This document shows, piece by piece, positions 43,553-57,029 of a stretch of DNA of 64,000 bases (position 1 is its first letter; the number at the start of each line of letters is the position of its first letter). This DNA is from Octopus vulgaris (taxonomy: Eukaryota), in the NCBI GenBank assembly GCA_951406725.2, contig OX597824.1:15624001-15688000 (forward strand). The letters are read 5' to 3'. The notes below the pieces were generated by a model, which searched no databases, had not been told where the DNA came from, and worked only from the letters and a program-made list of their open reading frames with translations. The translations under genes were made by a program, and so were the position numbers.

Positions 43553-44476
43553 GGAGAAAAAATGGGTGTTGACTGCGAATGCAACTTTCTAGTGTTATGA
43601 CTTACCCAAACAATATTGTTGATATATACAATATCGTGGATATTGAAAAGTCTTGGGATCATTAGAAATAGTTCTACCTAGTGGGGTTCGGCAGTGGTGT
43701 GTATGTATATATGTATTTTCGTACATATACATACGGGCGCACATACATATATTTACAAAGAAAAATACACTCACACATGCACAAATACAAGCACAGATAT
43801 AAAGGTGGCATAACAGTGCCGAAACGCTGGTGTTGCAGTGTCCGCTTCGTCACTTTTGATGATGTGTATTGTCAAGTTGTCAAGACATATCGTCTAAAAG
43901 GAGACGTTGTTTTCCGAGGACGAAATCTAACACCGAGAAATATATTCACGTCCAAGTGTATCAGGGCGTGTTGGGTATCAATATACACATCGTTAGAATG
44001 AAGAATTATGTACAAAAACACAATGATAATATATGATTGAAGTTTGATCAGAAATAGTTGTCTGCTTGCGTGGTTTATATGTATATGTACGCGCATTATC
44101 CATGTGTATTTGTGTATATGCATGTGTATTACGCATGTGTGTGTTGGTTTGTATGCTTATAGCAAACATCATAGGACATGAGATTTCATTTAGAAGAAAT
44201 CTGTACCAATTCGACAATTAGATATGAAGACTATGAAATTAATAAAGCGAATACAGAAGACAACGTTGTATATTTTCTGAAAAGTCTATTTTTATGGTCG
44301 GACTTGTTTCTTTGTATTCTTGACAGACGCCAAATATTTACAAGAATAGCATTCTTGTAGCATTCCTATATAAAACCATCTTGTTAACTATCAGAAGAAT
44401 TTAAAGCGCTCTTAATTATCATCCGCTTGTCTCCTTTTGGATAACACGTCCAACTTGATAACGTGGAGACAGCCTA

Positions 44477-45093
<617 letters not shown>

Positions 45094-45098
<5 letters not shown>

Positions 45099-45457
45099 GC
45101 CGCCTTAGCGAAGGCGGAGATATTGTTTTTCAGCTGTGTTTGTTTCTTTGCTTGTTTGTCCGTGGACAAAACATCTCGAGAGCCGTTGGATAAAACTATC
45201 AGGGATGTTTGGCCCCGTTACTGACAGGAACTGATTAGATTTTGGGATCGATCCGGTACCGGATAAGGATTCTGGATTATTTTGCCCAGTTTTATTACTT
45301 AATTTTTGGGAGCAATCAGGTTCAGCTTTAGCATTCTCGCTCGTTAGAGCAATCGAGTTTATTTCAGATATTCTCATTTAAAAAATCCTGTCTGGCTAAT
45401 CGTTGGGAGGATGTTGGTGTTGCCTTGGAGGAGGTTTTCGCTCTCTGAGTGGTCTTG

Positions 45458-45458
<1 letters not shown>
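45094..45458 (+). mobile_element. Helentron-associated non-autonomous element (HINE/DINE-like) inserted in (ATT)n
   Basis: 5' TTACCGCCGCCTTAGCGAAGGCGG hairpin, short (TGTT)n/(TGTC) tract, 3' CCTTGGAGGAGG sub-TIR-like motif then CGCTCTCTGAGTG stem-loop; T-rich target. Confidence 0.65.
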
Positions 45459-45534
<76 letters not shown>

Positions 45535-45567
45535 TTATTATTATTATTTTTATTTTTATTATTATTA

Positions 45568-45646
<79 letters not shown>

Positions 45647-45872
45647 TTCGTAGTGTGTGGCATAACCCATTGTTTAGTATTTCTTGCGCCTGCACATACG
45701 TAACACAAGTCATCCCTCTGTCATTTTCTACCCACCGTACTCCCTCTTTCAACCATATAAAATTATATTCACACATCACGAATGCCCAAACGTTGACTTG
45801 AGAATATATAATAATGCTACCGGTTAAGCTTCAAAACTGTATTCTGCCACGTTCCTAACGGAGTACACTATA

Positions 45873-45920
<48 letters not shown>

Positions 45921-46076
45921 CGAGAAAGAAGCAACAAGAATTGCTTCTTTCTCGTTTATAATCACCCCACATTACTGTATGGATAACACCATATAGTTTT
46001 TTCTGGTGCATCTAAATTAAGTACCACATTCAAGTAAATTCATTGGAATTTACTTGAATCTTAATTGCTTTGATTA

Positions 46077-46161
<85 letters not shown>

Positions 46162-46162
46162 C

Positions 46163-46414
46163 TACCCGCTGGATTTTAAGCATCTTACTCTACCACTGGT
46201 ATTTGAGTACTCTTTTTTCCACCTTGTTTCACATTTATGTGTTTACTCCGGTGTAACCCGCTCCTTGTAAAAGTTTGAGCGACTCTGCACAAGTAGGAAG
46301 AACAAACAGCTGAAAAAGATGGAACTTTACCCGCTGGATTTTAAGCATCTTACTCTACCACTGGTATTTGAGTACTCTTTTTTCCACCTTGTTTCACATT
46401 TATGTGTTTACTCC

Positions 46415-46417
<3 letters not shown>
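46163..46417 (+). repeat. Two identical 90-bp direct repeats with a 75-bp spacer, between (TA)n tracts
   Basis: 46163-46252 equals 46328-46417. Confidence 0.93.
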
Positions 46418-46474
<57 letters not shown>

Positions 46475-46511
46475 AAAAAAGGAGATGTCGAACACGAGTG
46501 GTGATATATAA

Positions 46512-46716
46512 AAAAGGAAATGAAGAAAATGCTGACAAATAATTGAAGTAATTTAAGTAATTTAATTAGGTGAAAGTTCTTTTTACCGGTTGCGCATTTG
46601 TTATGCTTATCAAAATATTTTGATAAGCATAACAAATGCGCAACCGGTAAAAAGAACTTTCACCTAATTAAATTACTTAAATTACTTCAATTATTTGTCA
46701 GCATTTTCTTCATTTC

Positions 46717-46721
<5 letters not shown>
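46512..46721. repeat. Perfect 210-bp palindrome with no spacer
   Basis: Symmetry centre at 46616/46617 (CAAAAT|ATTTTG); arms of 105 bp are complementary. Confidence 0.95.
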
Positions 46722-46747
<26 letters not shown>

Positions 46748-47077
46748 CTGTTTTTATATATATATATATATATATGATCTGTTTTTTGTATTGAATACGT
46801 ATCGCCACCGTGGGCCACTGCATCGAACACTTTGAACATATACTTCAAACTATATATCAACTATACATGAACTATATATCAACTATACATGAACTCTAAG
46901 ATGTCTGACTCCGTTGTGTATTATAAATGAATTTCTTGTGTTTGACGGCATGAGCTGTCTCTTTTTATATATAACTTTTTTTGATATAGTTCATTTCAGG
47001 AACTGAAACATGTTATAATGTATATATAAAAATTAAAAATTGTATAATACAGCAGCATTTTCGAACTTCATTTTTTA

Positions 47078-47123
<46 letters not shown>

Positions 47124-47323
47124 ATATATATGTATGTATATATATATACATGTATGTATATATATTGACTCCTTGGGAATCCATATGGCCCATGGGGATC
47201 CATTTAAGATTTCCTTGTTAAAATTTATCTGCAACAAACTGGTTATAATACACCAAACTTCTATAAGACACAAAATATATTAACAACTTATTAATACATT
47301 TCCTAACAATATTTAATTATATA

Positions 47324-47582
47324 ATCTATATATATTAAATTCTTTGTCTGTCTGTCTGTCTGTTCCCTATCCATTCTCAAACAGTTCCACCAAATCAAAT
47401 CAAATTTTACAAGGTAATAGTATCACACCCCACGGGTGTCAACGTGGTATTTTTTTTTCCATTTCGATTAAAACGATATAATATTTTATAGAGGTAATAT
47501 TTCTATAGTCAAATATAGTACATATATAATAGGATCTTTTTAAATATCGAATGGCTCTGAGGGTCCACCCGAGTAAAAGCCG
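47324..47582 (+). mobile_element. Non-autonomous Helitron, 3' end degraded
   Basis: A|TCTATATATATTAAA + (TGTC)n 5' signature; ACCCGAGTAAAAGCCG resembles the terminal hairpin at 40106; no CTAG. Confidence 0.55.
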
Positions 47583-47782
47583 AATATGTATGTATGTATG
47601 TGTGTATGTATGTGTGTATGTATGTATGTGTGTATGTATGTATGTATGTATGTATGTGTGTATGTATGTATGCATGCAGGTATCACTGTGTGTGTGTATA
47701 TATATATATATATAAATGTATGTATATATATATATGCATGTATATATATACATACATACATACATACACACACACACACGCG

Positions 47783-47844
<62 letters not shown>

Positions 47845-47847
<3 letters not shown>

Positions 47848-48075
47848 TTCTTTATTGCCCACAAGGGGCTAGACATAGAGGGGACAAATAAGGACAGACA
47901 AACGGATTAAGTCAATTACATCGACCCCAGTGCGTAACTGGTACTTCATTTATCAACCCCGAAAGGATGAAAGGCAAAGTCGACCTCGACGGAATTTGAA
48001 CTCACAACGTAACGACAGACGAAATACGGCTACGCATTTCGCCCGGCGTGCTAACGTTTCTGCCAGCTCGCCGCC
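47845..48075 (-). mobile_element. SINE family B, full length
   Basis: Reverse-complement match to 1557-1784. Confidence 0.9.
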
Positions 48076-48096
48076 TATATATATATATATATATAT

Positions 48097-48262
48097 ACGA
48101 TGGACTTCTTTCAGTTTCTCTCAACTGAATCCACTCACAAGGTTTTTGGTTGGCCCGAAACTATAGTAGAAGACACTTGCCCGAGATGCCACGCAGTGGG
48201 ACTGAACTCTGAACAACGTTGTTCGGAAGCAAGCTTTTTTTTTTTTAACCACAAACCACGTT
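48097..48262 (-). mobile_element. SINE family A, diverged 5' half
   Basis: Reverse match including TATAGTAGAAGACACTTGCCC and CACGCAGTGGGACTGAAC. Confidence 0.75.
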
Positions 48263-48567
48263 TACATCTATCACTAAAACATACCTGCGCTCTCCTACAG
48301 GCCTTGCGTGATAAAGAAGGTAAACCTTCTAAACAAAAGCCTGCACGTAATTGATAGCACTGGGCGGAGTCGAGTGAGAAGTTTCTCTGTTTGAGGAGAC
48401 ATGTGACCCGATGAATGAATGAACGAAGAGAATCCAGCGGTATGATAAGATTTGATGATGTTTTAGTAGTTATTTCCAACGAGTCGAGGGACAATATAGA
48501 AATCGCCTTATTTTATTTCATTCATTTTTCTACTACGTAACAACAGATATCCTACTTCTCTGCTCAC

Positions 48568-49015
48568 TGAACTGGCAGAATCGTCAGCATGCCGGATAAA
48601 GTTCTTATCAGTATTTCTTCCGGCTTTACAGTTTGAGTACAAATTCCGTCGAGGCCGAATTTACCTTTTATCTTTTTCGGGTCGAGAAAATATATACCTA
48701 TTTCTATTTCTTTACTACCCACAAGTGGCTTAACACAGAGAAGACAAACAAGGACAGACAAACGGATTAAGTCGATTAAGTCGAACTGGTACCTAATTTA
48801 TCGACCCCGAAAGGATGAAAGGCAAAGTCTACCTCGGCAGAATTTGAACTCAGAACGTAGCGGCAGACGAAATACCGCTAAGCATTTCGCCCGGCGTGCT
48901 AACGTTTCTGCCAGCTCGCCGCCTTACCAGTGAAGCACTGGGGTCGATGTCATCGTCGACCTCGATCAATCAGCGCAAAAATTTCAGACCTTGTGTTTAT
49001 AATAGAAAACATTAT
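48568..49015. mobile_element. Younger SINE-B (-, about 48699-48923) nested antisense inside an older SINE-B (+)
   Basis: The old B body stops at ...TATACC and resumes TACCAGTGAAGCACTGGGGTCGATG after the minus copy. Confidence 0.8.
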
Positions 49016-49814
49016 TATTCTAGTCTCTATATATTAGGGGAATAGAGTGAATTGATGTTGCTCAAAGGAGTGCGGAACCAGCATGTTGCGCCGAGGTTAA
49101 ACCAGCATACCCGCTGCTGATACCGGAGGTTGTGTTCTATGCTTGGACCTGAGCATAGGACGGGGATCGCCTCTTTGAGCTGGGAAATGAATGAAATGCC
49201 TGGCGCGTGTCTTGTTGTGGCTACACCCTCCTAAAAAAGTGGGGAAAAAGCCTGGGGATATATATATATAATTCAAAGGAATTCCAACTTTTTATGTTTT
49301 ATTTATATTCTTTATAATATTAATGTAGAATATAGAATATATGGTATAAATAATATATATATATTAAAATGAAATGAAGTATTGATTGTCTTATTGAATA
49401 GATGAAATATTGAATATCAAATATTAAGAGACTAGTATACTTTCTTGCATTTAAGCAGTCTTCAAGGTCCCAGGTTGTGACAGGAATGTTTCAACAATAT
49501 ATAAAGAAACGTATTAGGTAGTTTAAATTTTACAGACGGACGTCGAAGCAGTTTAACTAAGTAACTATGTAGATAGAGCAGGGAAGTGAATAGACAATGT
49601 CTGCTGGCTGCCGTTGGTACTACGCATGTGTATAGAGGTCGGCCATTAGGTGTAGATGTAAATTATAGATGGTGTCATCCACGCTCTATTTACTTTGTGT
49701 ACATAATTAGCATCAGCCCTGAACAGAAAACTCTCAGGCTTATTCATCAGTTGACGCTGCGTATTTCTTATGGATATCATATTCAGATGGTGGTAATTAT
49801 CAGTTAATAAGGGT

Positions 49815-50408
49815 CAGAGGGAGAGGAGGAAAAAGAAGAAAAAAGGTAGATAGTGAAAGTGGAATGGACATAGAGAGAGAGAAAGGGGAAAAGGAGAGAG
49901 AGAGAGTGGGAGAGAGAAGTAGAGAGGGGAAGAGAGAGAGAGAGACAGAGAAACAGAGAGGCAGATGGAAATAGAAAGTGCAAGAGAGCGACACAGAGAT
50001 AGATTTTAAGAGAAGGAGAGTGAAAGAGAAAAGCGGTGAGAAAGAGAATGGGGGAACAAGAGAATGGGTTGAAGAAAGAGAGAGAGAGAGGGAGAGAGAG
50101 AGACGGAGAGGGAGACAGAGAAGGGGATAGAGAAAGGGAGAGGGAAGGGAGAGACAGAGAGTTGGCGAGAGAGACAGGGGGAAACGGAGAGAGACGGAGA
50201 AAGACGGACAGAGACGGAAAGGAACGGACAAAGATGTTAGCGAGATTTGTTTAATTGGAAGAGATTAAAGGCAACCATGCTGGATTTGGGATATAGGATA
50301 CAGAGAATAAAGGAGAAATATGGAGAGAAAGAGAGAGAGAGAGTGATAAAGGGAGAGAGAGTGAGAAAGAGAGTGAGAAAGGGAGAGAGAGTGAGAAAGA
50401 GAGAGAGA
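49815..50408. repeat. About 600-bp purine-rich degenerate (GA)n tract
   Basis: Read directly from the sequence. Confidence 0.85.
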
Positions 50409-50739
50409 AGCTGGTTTTCCAATCCAACCATGGGATTTCAGGTTCAGTCCTACTACGTAGTACCTTGGGCAATTGTCTTCTGTTATAGACTAGGGCCTGC
50501 TCTAGCGTTCTGAGTGGAAACTGAAAGAAGCTCGTTGTATCTATCTATGCATGTATATCTGTATGTATGTATATTTATATATTTATATATAAAGTTGTTT
50601 TTGGGAACGGTGTATATCGAAGCAGATAAAGCTATAAATAGTAAATATTGGGCTAAAGATATTAGATTAGAGCTTTATCTGCTTCGACATTCACGGTTCC
50701 GTAAAAGAATTAATATCACGTTCAACCTCTTGCTGTGCA

Positions 50740-50946
50740 TAAACTCTTCACAAAGCCAGCAATTTAGGAGGCTGGGTTAAATCGATTAAATCCATCCCAG
50801 AGATCAACTGGTGCTTATTTTATCGACCCCGAAAGGATGAAAGGCAAAGTCGACCCCGGCAACATTTGAACCCAGATCGTAAAGACGGGCGAAATTCTCC
50901 TCGGCACTTTGTCAAACATGCTGACGATACTGCCAGATTGCCACCT
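50740..50946 (-). mobile_element. SINE family B, diverged
   Basis: TATCGACCCCGAAAGGATGAAAGGCAAAGTCGACC core. Confidence 0.8.
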
Positions 50947-51248
50947 TATGTTTATCTTTATATATTAAAAAATGACCGCGCTTTATCAAAATGACGAACA
51001 GCGTTCATTAGCGCATTTTGTAACATCCCTTTTATTCTGAATTCAATTCCGATTTTGGTTGACTTTGCCTTTCCTCCTACTAAAATCGATAAAATACAAA
51101 CCAATTGAGTACACTCAAACACACAGAGACCCTCATGTACTTGAGGGGCACATATACAAAAGCAAATACGTACATACATATATTTCAAGGTACCATAGCC
51201 TTGTGAGACACTACTAAATATATTTGCTATAATATTTATTGGATCCAG

Positions 51249-51648
51249 GGCGGTGAGCTGGCGGAAACGTTAGCACGCCGGGGGAAATGCTTAGCGCTAT
51301 TTCGTCTGAGGCTACGTTCTGAGTTTAAATTCCGCCGAGGTCGATTTTGCCTTTCATCCTTTCGGGGTCGAATAAATAAGAACCAGTTACGCACTGGAGT
51401 CAATATAAACGATTTAATCCGTTTGTCTGTCCTTGTTTGTCCCCTCTGTGTTTAGCCCCTTGTGGGCAGTAAAGAAACAGTTATTTCGTGTGTCTTTACG
51501 TTCTGAGTTTAAATTCCGCTGAGGTCAACTTTGCATTTCATCCTTTCGAGGTCGATAAATAAAGCACCAGTTGCGTACTGGGGTCGATCTAATCGACTGG
51601 CCCCCTCCCCCCAAATTTCAGGCTTTGTGCCTAGAGTAGAAAAGAATA
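51249..51648 (+). mobile_element. SINE-B dimer (head + tail-1 unit + tail-2 unit)
   Basis: Two B cores; ends GGCTTTGTGCCTAGAGTAGAAAAGAAT. Confidence 0.9.
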
Positions 51649-52051
51649 TTTACAGGATCCATGTTAATTATTCACTGGCGACTAATGTTGTAACCATTAA
51701 TTATGCATGATTATTTATAATTATATGTTGAGTTCTTTTGGTGAATTGTATACTTCGATTAAGTTCAGTTAACATAATTACTTTGTTCAGTTCATGGAAA
51801 TATTGTTGACACACATATACGCTTGCACATACATACACATAGATTTGTAATGAGGTTTTCTTCTTTAGGCATGTATATTTGTTCCGTGTAGCTCTCTAAA
51901 TCGCGTATTTTTTGTTCATCGTTATTTATTATTTTCAAATAATTATATGTACTGCAAATAATTCTATTGAAGTTTGATATAACAAGTTTCTGACGACCTC
52001 GAAAGAGTGAAAGCATAGTTTTTGATGCTAAGTCATAATAAGCTTTATATA

Positions 52052-52115
<64 letters not shown>

Positions 52116-52139
52116 TAAATATATATGTATGCATGCATG

Positions 52140-52183
<44 letters not shown>

Positions 52184-52273
52184 TATATATGAGGGACATA
52201 ATGCACCATCTGGCCCTGAAATTGAATCTGTGGCAGTATAGTGGTAATACGAACATCTAACCAGTTGACTGTG

Positions 52274-52373
<100 letters not shown>

Positions 52374-53277
52374 CATAAACGCATACATTTATGTGTGTGT
52401 GTGTGCGTCTGCGGCCGCGCGTGTAGTAGTATCTAAGTATTTTGATTCTGTTCATGCAGGTGCATCGAGAGCCAACTACGTCACAGCTGTCCTCTATTAT
52501 CTCTCTGACTTTGGCTGAATAAAGAAGTGAAGTAGCTACCAGCCTCTTCTCTGAGCGTTGCTGCCGTTAGTGATTAGCCCAGGCCCGGCACTTATTGAGC
52601 AGACCTATAATGATAGGCGTTCCAGTCACGAAATTTTTCTTTTCTTTTTTCGACCGATTATCAATAATTACATCGTGTTGCCCTTTATGTTCTTTTGAAA
52701 GGTAATACAGTAAGGTCTAAGGGGAACTGCGATTTCTAGTAAATCAATTTACTATATACAGACACCTTCATTGGGACGTTTTCCCAAGAAAGTGGTTGTT
52801 TTGTCTCATCCAGGTTGGGTCTGATTAAATAATCCTATGACCAGAACGGTTGAGCAAATGACCCATTGCATTCAAGACTAAGTCACTGTCTTCCTGAATA
52901 AATGAAGGCATTTGAGGGAACTTGGATGCTATGTCTAGCAGATAGAGTGATCCCACCAAGGATTGGTCTTTCCGCTGTTAATGGTTTATCTGCAAGTAAA
53001 CTGACCTTGTATCGATTCAACGCCATATTGTTACTCATCAAAAATATATTTTAAGAAAGCGAAAAAAAAAAAGCAAATAACAACTAAGCATTTTACAAAG
53101 AAAACCAAGTCCAAAACTAACCGATCAAAAATTAAAGCAACAATTATTGTGCTTATTTAGCCAATCGTGTGTGTCCTAGTTCCGCTACGTTGTCAGAGAG
53201 GTTTCACAACATTCGTTGTCGTGGATTGTTGCTTGAAGAACACATGGGACATCGAGAAAATTCCAGAGAAGTCACTA

Positions 53278-53355
<78 letters not shown>

Positions 53356-53519
53356 AATAAATAAATATATGTGTGCGTTTTAGCGTGCATGCATTTGTGT
53401 ATGTCCATGTACTTATGTACGTTTGAAGACTGTAAGTGGGCTTCTCCATGTTTAGATTAAGATCATCATCATCATCTATCTCTCTATCCACCTACCTACC
53501 TATCTACCTGCTTGCCTGC

Positions 53520-53551
<32 letters not shown>

Positions 53552-53619
53552 ATATTCTTTTTCTATGCACGTGAAATTGACTACAAGTATATATATATAT
53601 AATATATAATATATATCTA

Positions 53620-53771
<152 letters not shown>

Positions 53772-53825
53772 AGTCTATCACAACAATCACTACCGCACTG
53801 CCTTCATCCCACAACCACCACCACC

Positions 53826-53857
<32 letters not shown>

Positions 53858-54014
53858 CTTCTCACTCTTACCCAACCCTACCCTTAACCCCCCCCCCACC
53901 ACCACCATAAATATTACGCTACAATGTCCAGACCCTGACTAACAGCAGTTCTAAAACTGTTTTTCAAATCTTCAAATTCTCCCTCAAACAACATTCACGT
54001 AGATAGCAGCCATT

Positions 54015-54026
54015 CAAGATGGCGGC
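54015..54026 (+). promoter_or_regulatory. Perfect YY1-type consensus CAAGATGGCGGC
   Basis: 12/12 match to the extended YY1 motif in non-repetitive sequence; function unproven. Confidence 0.35.
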
Positions 54027-54283
54027 CGACACTTTAATATTTGACGGAATTTACACTTTGTTTTGCCAAGCATTTTTTAAAGACTTTTCTATTCCGCTTG
54101 CTTCTTCTTTTCCTTCTGCACTCAATAAAATCATTATTCATTTTTCTCTATTCTTTCTTTCTTCTCTTTCTCTCTTTAAATCTTTATCACTTTCAAGTTC
54201 TTTCATTCAGTTTTCATATTCTGCATCTTGTTTTTTAAATACCGGCGCTCTTCTCCTTCATTCAACTTGCACGGAATAAACAC

Positions 54284-54321
54284 CCTTCTTCCTTTCTTTT
54301 CTTCTTTCTAGGCGTTTCGCT

Positions 54322-54390
<69 letters not shown>

Positions 54391-54573
54391 TTTTCTTTTC
54401 TTTCTTTCTTCTTTTCTTTTCTTTCTTTCTTCTTTTCTTTTATTTCTTAACGTCTCGCTTCTTTCTTTTTTCTTTTTAAATGTTTCGTTTCGTTTCTTTC
54501 TTTTTATCTTTCTTTCTTCCTTTCTTTCTCTCTTTTCTCTCTTTATTTCGCTCTTTCTTTCTCTCTTTCTTTT

Positions 54574-54604
<31 letters not shown>

Positions 54605-54669
54605 GTTTTATTCATTGTTCTTTCCTTCTTTCCTTCCTTCGTTTTTCATTCATTCATTCATTCATTCAT

Positions 54670-54713
<44 letters not shown>

Positions 54714-54758
54714 TCCTTCTTTCCTTCCTTCGTTTTGTTCTCACTGTTCTCCTTTCTT

Positions 54759-54760
<2 letters not shown>
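54284..54760. repeat. (TTTC)n-dominated polypyrimidine tract
   Basis: Read directly from the sequence. Confidence 0.92.
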
Positions 54761-54827
<67 letters not shown>

Positions 54828-56180
54828 TCCTTTCCTCATTTCATTTACCACTGAATCTCGTATTCCGCCCGATTCCTTCTATCTTTTTACTCTTTCTTCC
54901 TTCCTTCCTTCCTTCCTTCCTTCCTTCCTTCTCGCCTTCGTCCCTGTCCCTTTCTCACCATACATATGTCACTCCTACCCCTCACCCCACCCTCACCCCA
55001 CCCTCACCCCACTCCGCCACCACTCCACCCCACTCCGCCCCGCTTCCCACCACCACCATCCTTCCTTTTTCTTAAATTTTATTCCGTGTTCCCGTATTTA
55101 AAAATAAATATAAATAAATTAAATAAATACAAAAAAATACAAAAAAAAACCAAATAATAAATAATAATAATTTTAAAGTTATTATCTTAAGCCTCTTTCC
55201 CACCTCTCCTTCTTCAACAACTTCCTAATTTGTTTCTACCTTCCTTCCTTCCTTCCTTCTTTCCTATCTGCCTTCCTTTCTCCATTTATTTATTTATTTA
55301 TTTTAGTTCCATTGTCGTAATCCTCGATTTCTTCGTTGCTTTCAAATCGTTTAAAGTTTTTCTAGCATTTCGCTTGCCAACATCCCTCACCAGATGTAAA
55401 ATGACTGACAAACACCAGCAGAAATAAACAAACATATCAAATATTATAATTCCTTCAAAAATATCACGACAACACACACACAAACACACACGCACGCAGG
55501 CACCCATACACATACACATACACATACGCATACGCATAGAGGCAAACTAACACAAAGCCATGGAATCATTACATACATACATACATACATATATACAAAC
55601 GCGCGCACAGGCTAACACACTTATACACATATATGCTGTCCACAATTTGTATTTACTCTCATGCGTAGGTTTTTACGTACAAATGCTATCTTGCGAATCA
55701 CACACACACACACGCAAATATATGTGTGCATAGAGGACGCGTATGCACACACACACACACACGCACACACACATAACTATATATGGAAATATACAGAATA
55801 GAAGATTACACATACACACACATCTATACAACAGTATACATACTATCAGGTTTATATACGGAATTACTTGCATATACAACCATACGAACATACACACACA
55901 TACACACACACATGCACAAACAGGCAAATATTTACAAATATAGACATGCTTATGCGCGTATACACAGACACAGAAACAAACACTACACACACATACATAG
56001 ACACATATATCTATACACACATATACATGTACATGCGCACTACTTGGTGAATACAGACCGAAATCCAAATAGCTGTACAGATGTACATATGCTATCAGAC
56101 ATTTGCAGTTGAAACCCTCTACAAGACATATTTAGGCTCAACAAATTTGCGTGTTCGTCTATGCGCGAGTATGTAGTCTG

Positions 56181-56261
<81 letters not shown>

Positions 56262-56406
56262 GTGTCTGTCTGTCAATGTATTATGTATGTATGTATGTAT
56301 ATATCTATCTATATCTCACTATCTATCAATTCATCTATCTTTCTATCGAATTATCTTAAATATGTGTATGTGTGTATATATATAATGAATTCATTTATGT
56401 AATAGT

Positions 56407-56456
<50 letters not shown>

Positions 56457-56576
56457 TTATGCATATATATATATATATATAAATATGTATGCATACATAT
56501 CTATGTATATGCAAGCGTTATACATACACACAGGCATATATACTTTTAAAAAGAACATGCGTACACAAATACATTC

Positions 56577-56624
<48 letters not shown>

Positions 56625-57029
56625 GCATACATATATATATACTTGCACGCAAATAAGTGTATAAACGCTTACAAATACATATACTTATGCATTCGCGCAT
56701 ACACACATCTACACACACGCACACACACACACATTGTCTCAAGCAAGCAATAAAATTACATTTGTGACACGATGTTTTCCTCCTTCTTTTCTTTCCCACC
56801 TTTCATTAATCCTTTCTTTCTTTTTTTTTTTTATTTTGTCTTTTTTTTTTTGTTTCTCTTCTTCCTTTCTTTTCTTTCTCGTCTGTTAAATGCGAGGATT
56901 ACGAATGTTTGTTTTCCATTCGATAATGACAAATATCCTTAATTTAAAGAATTCCGTTACAGATTAGTAGCAAAACTGCTTTCGTCATTACATTACATTG
57001 TTCTCGAAAGACTACTGACTGCCGACCTT

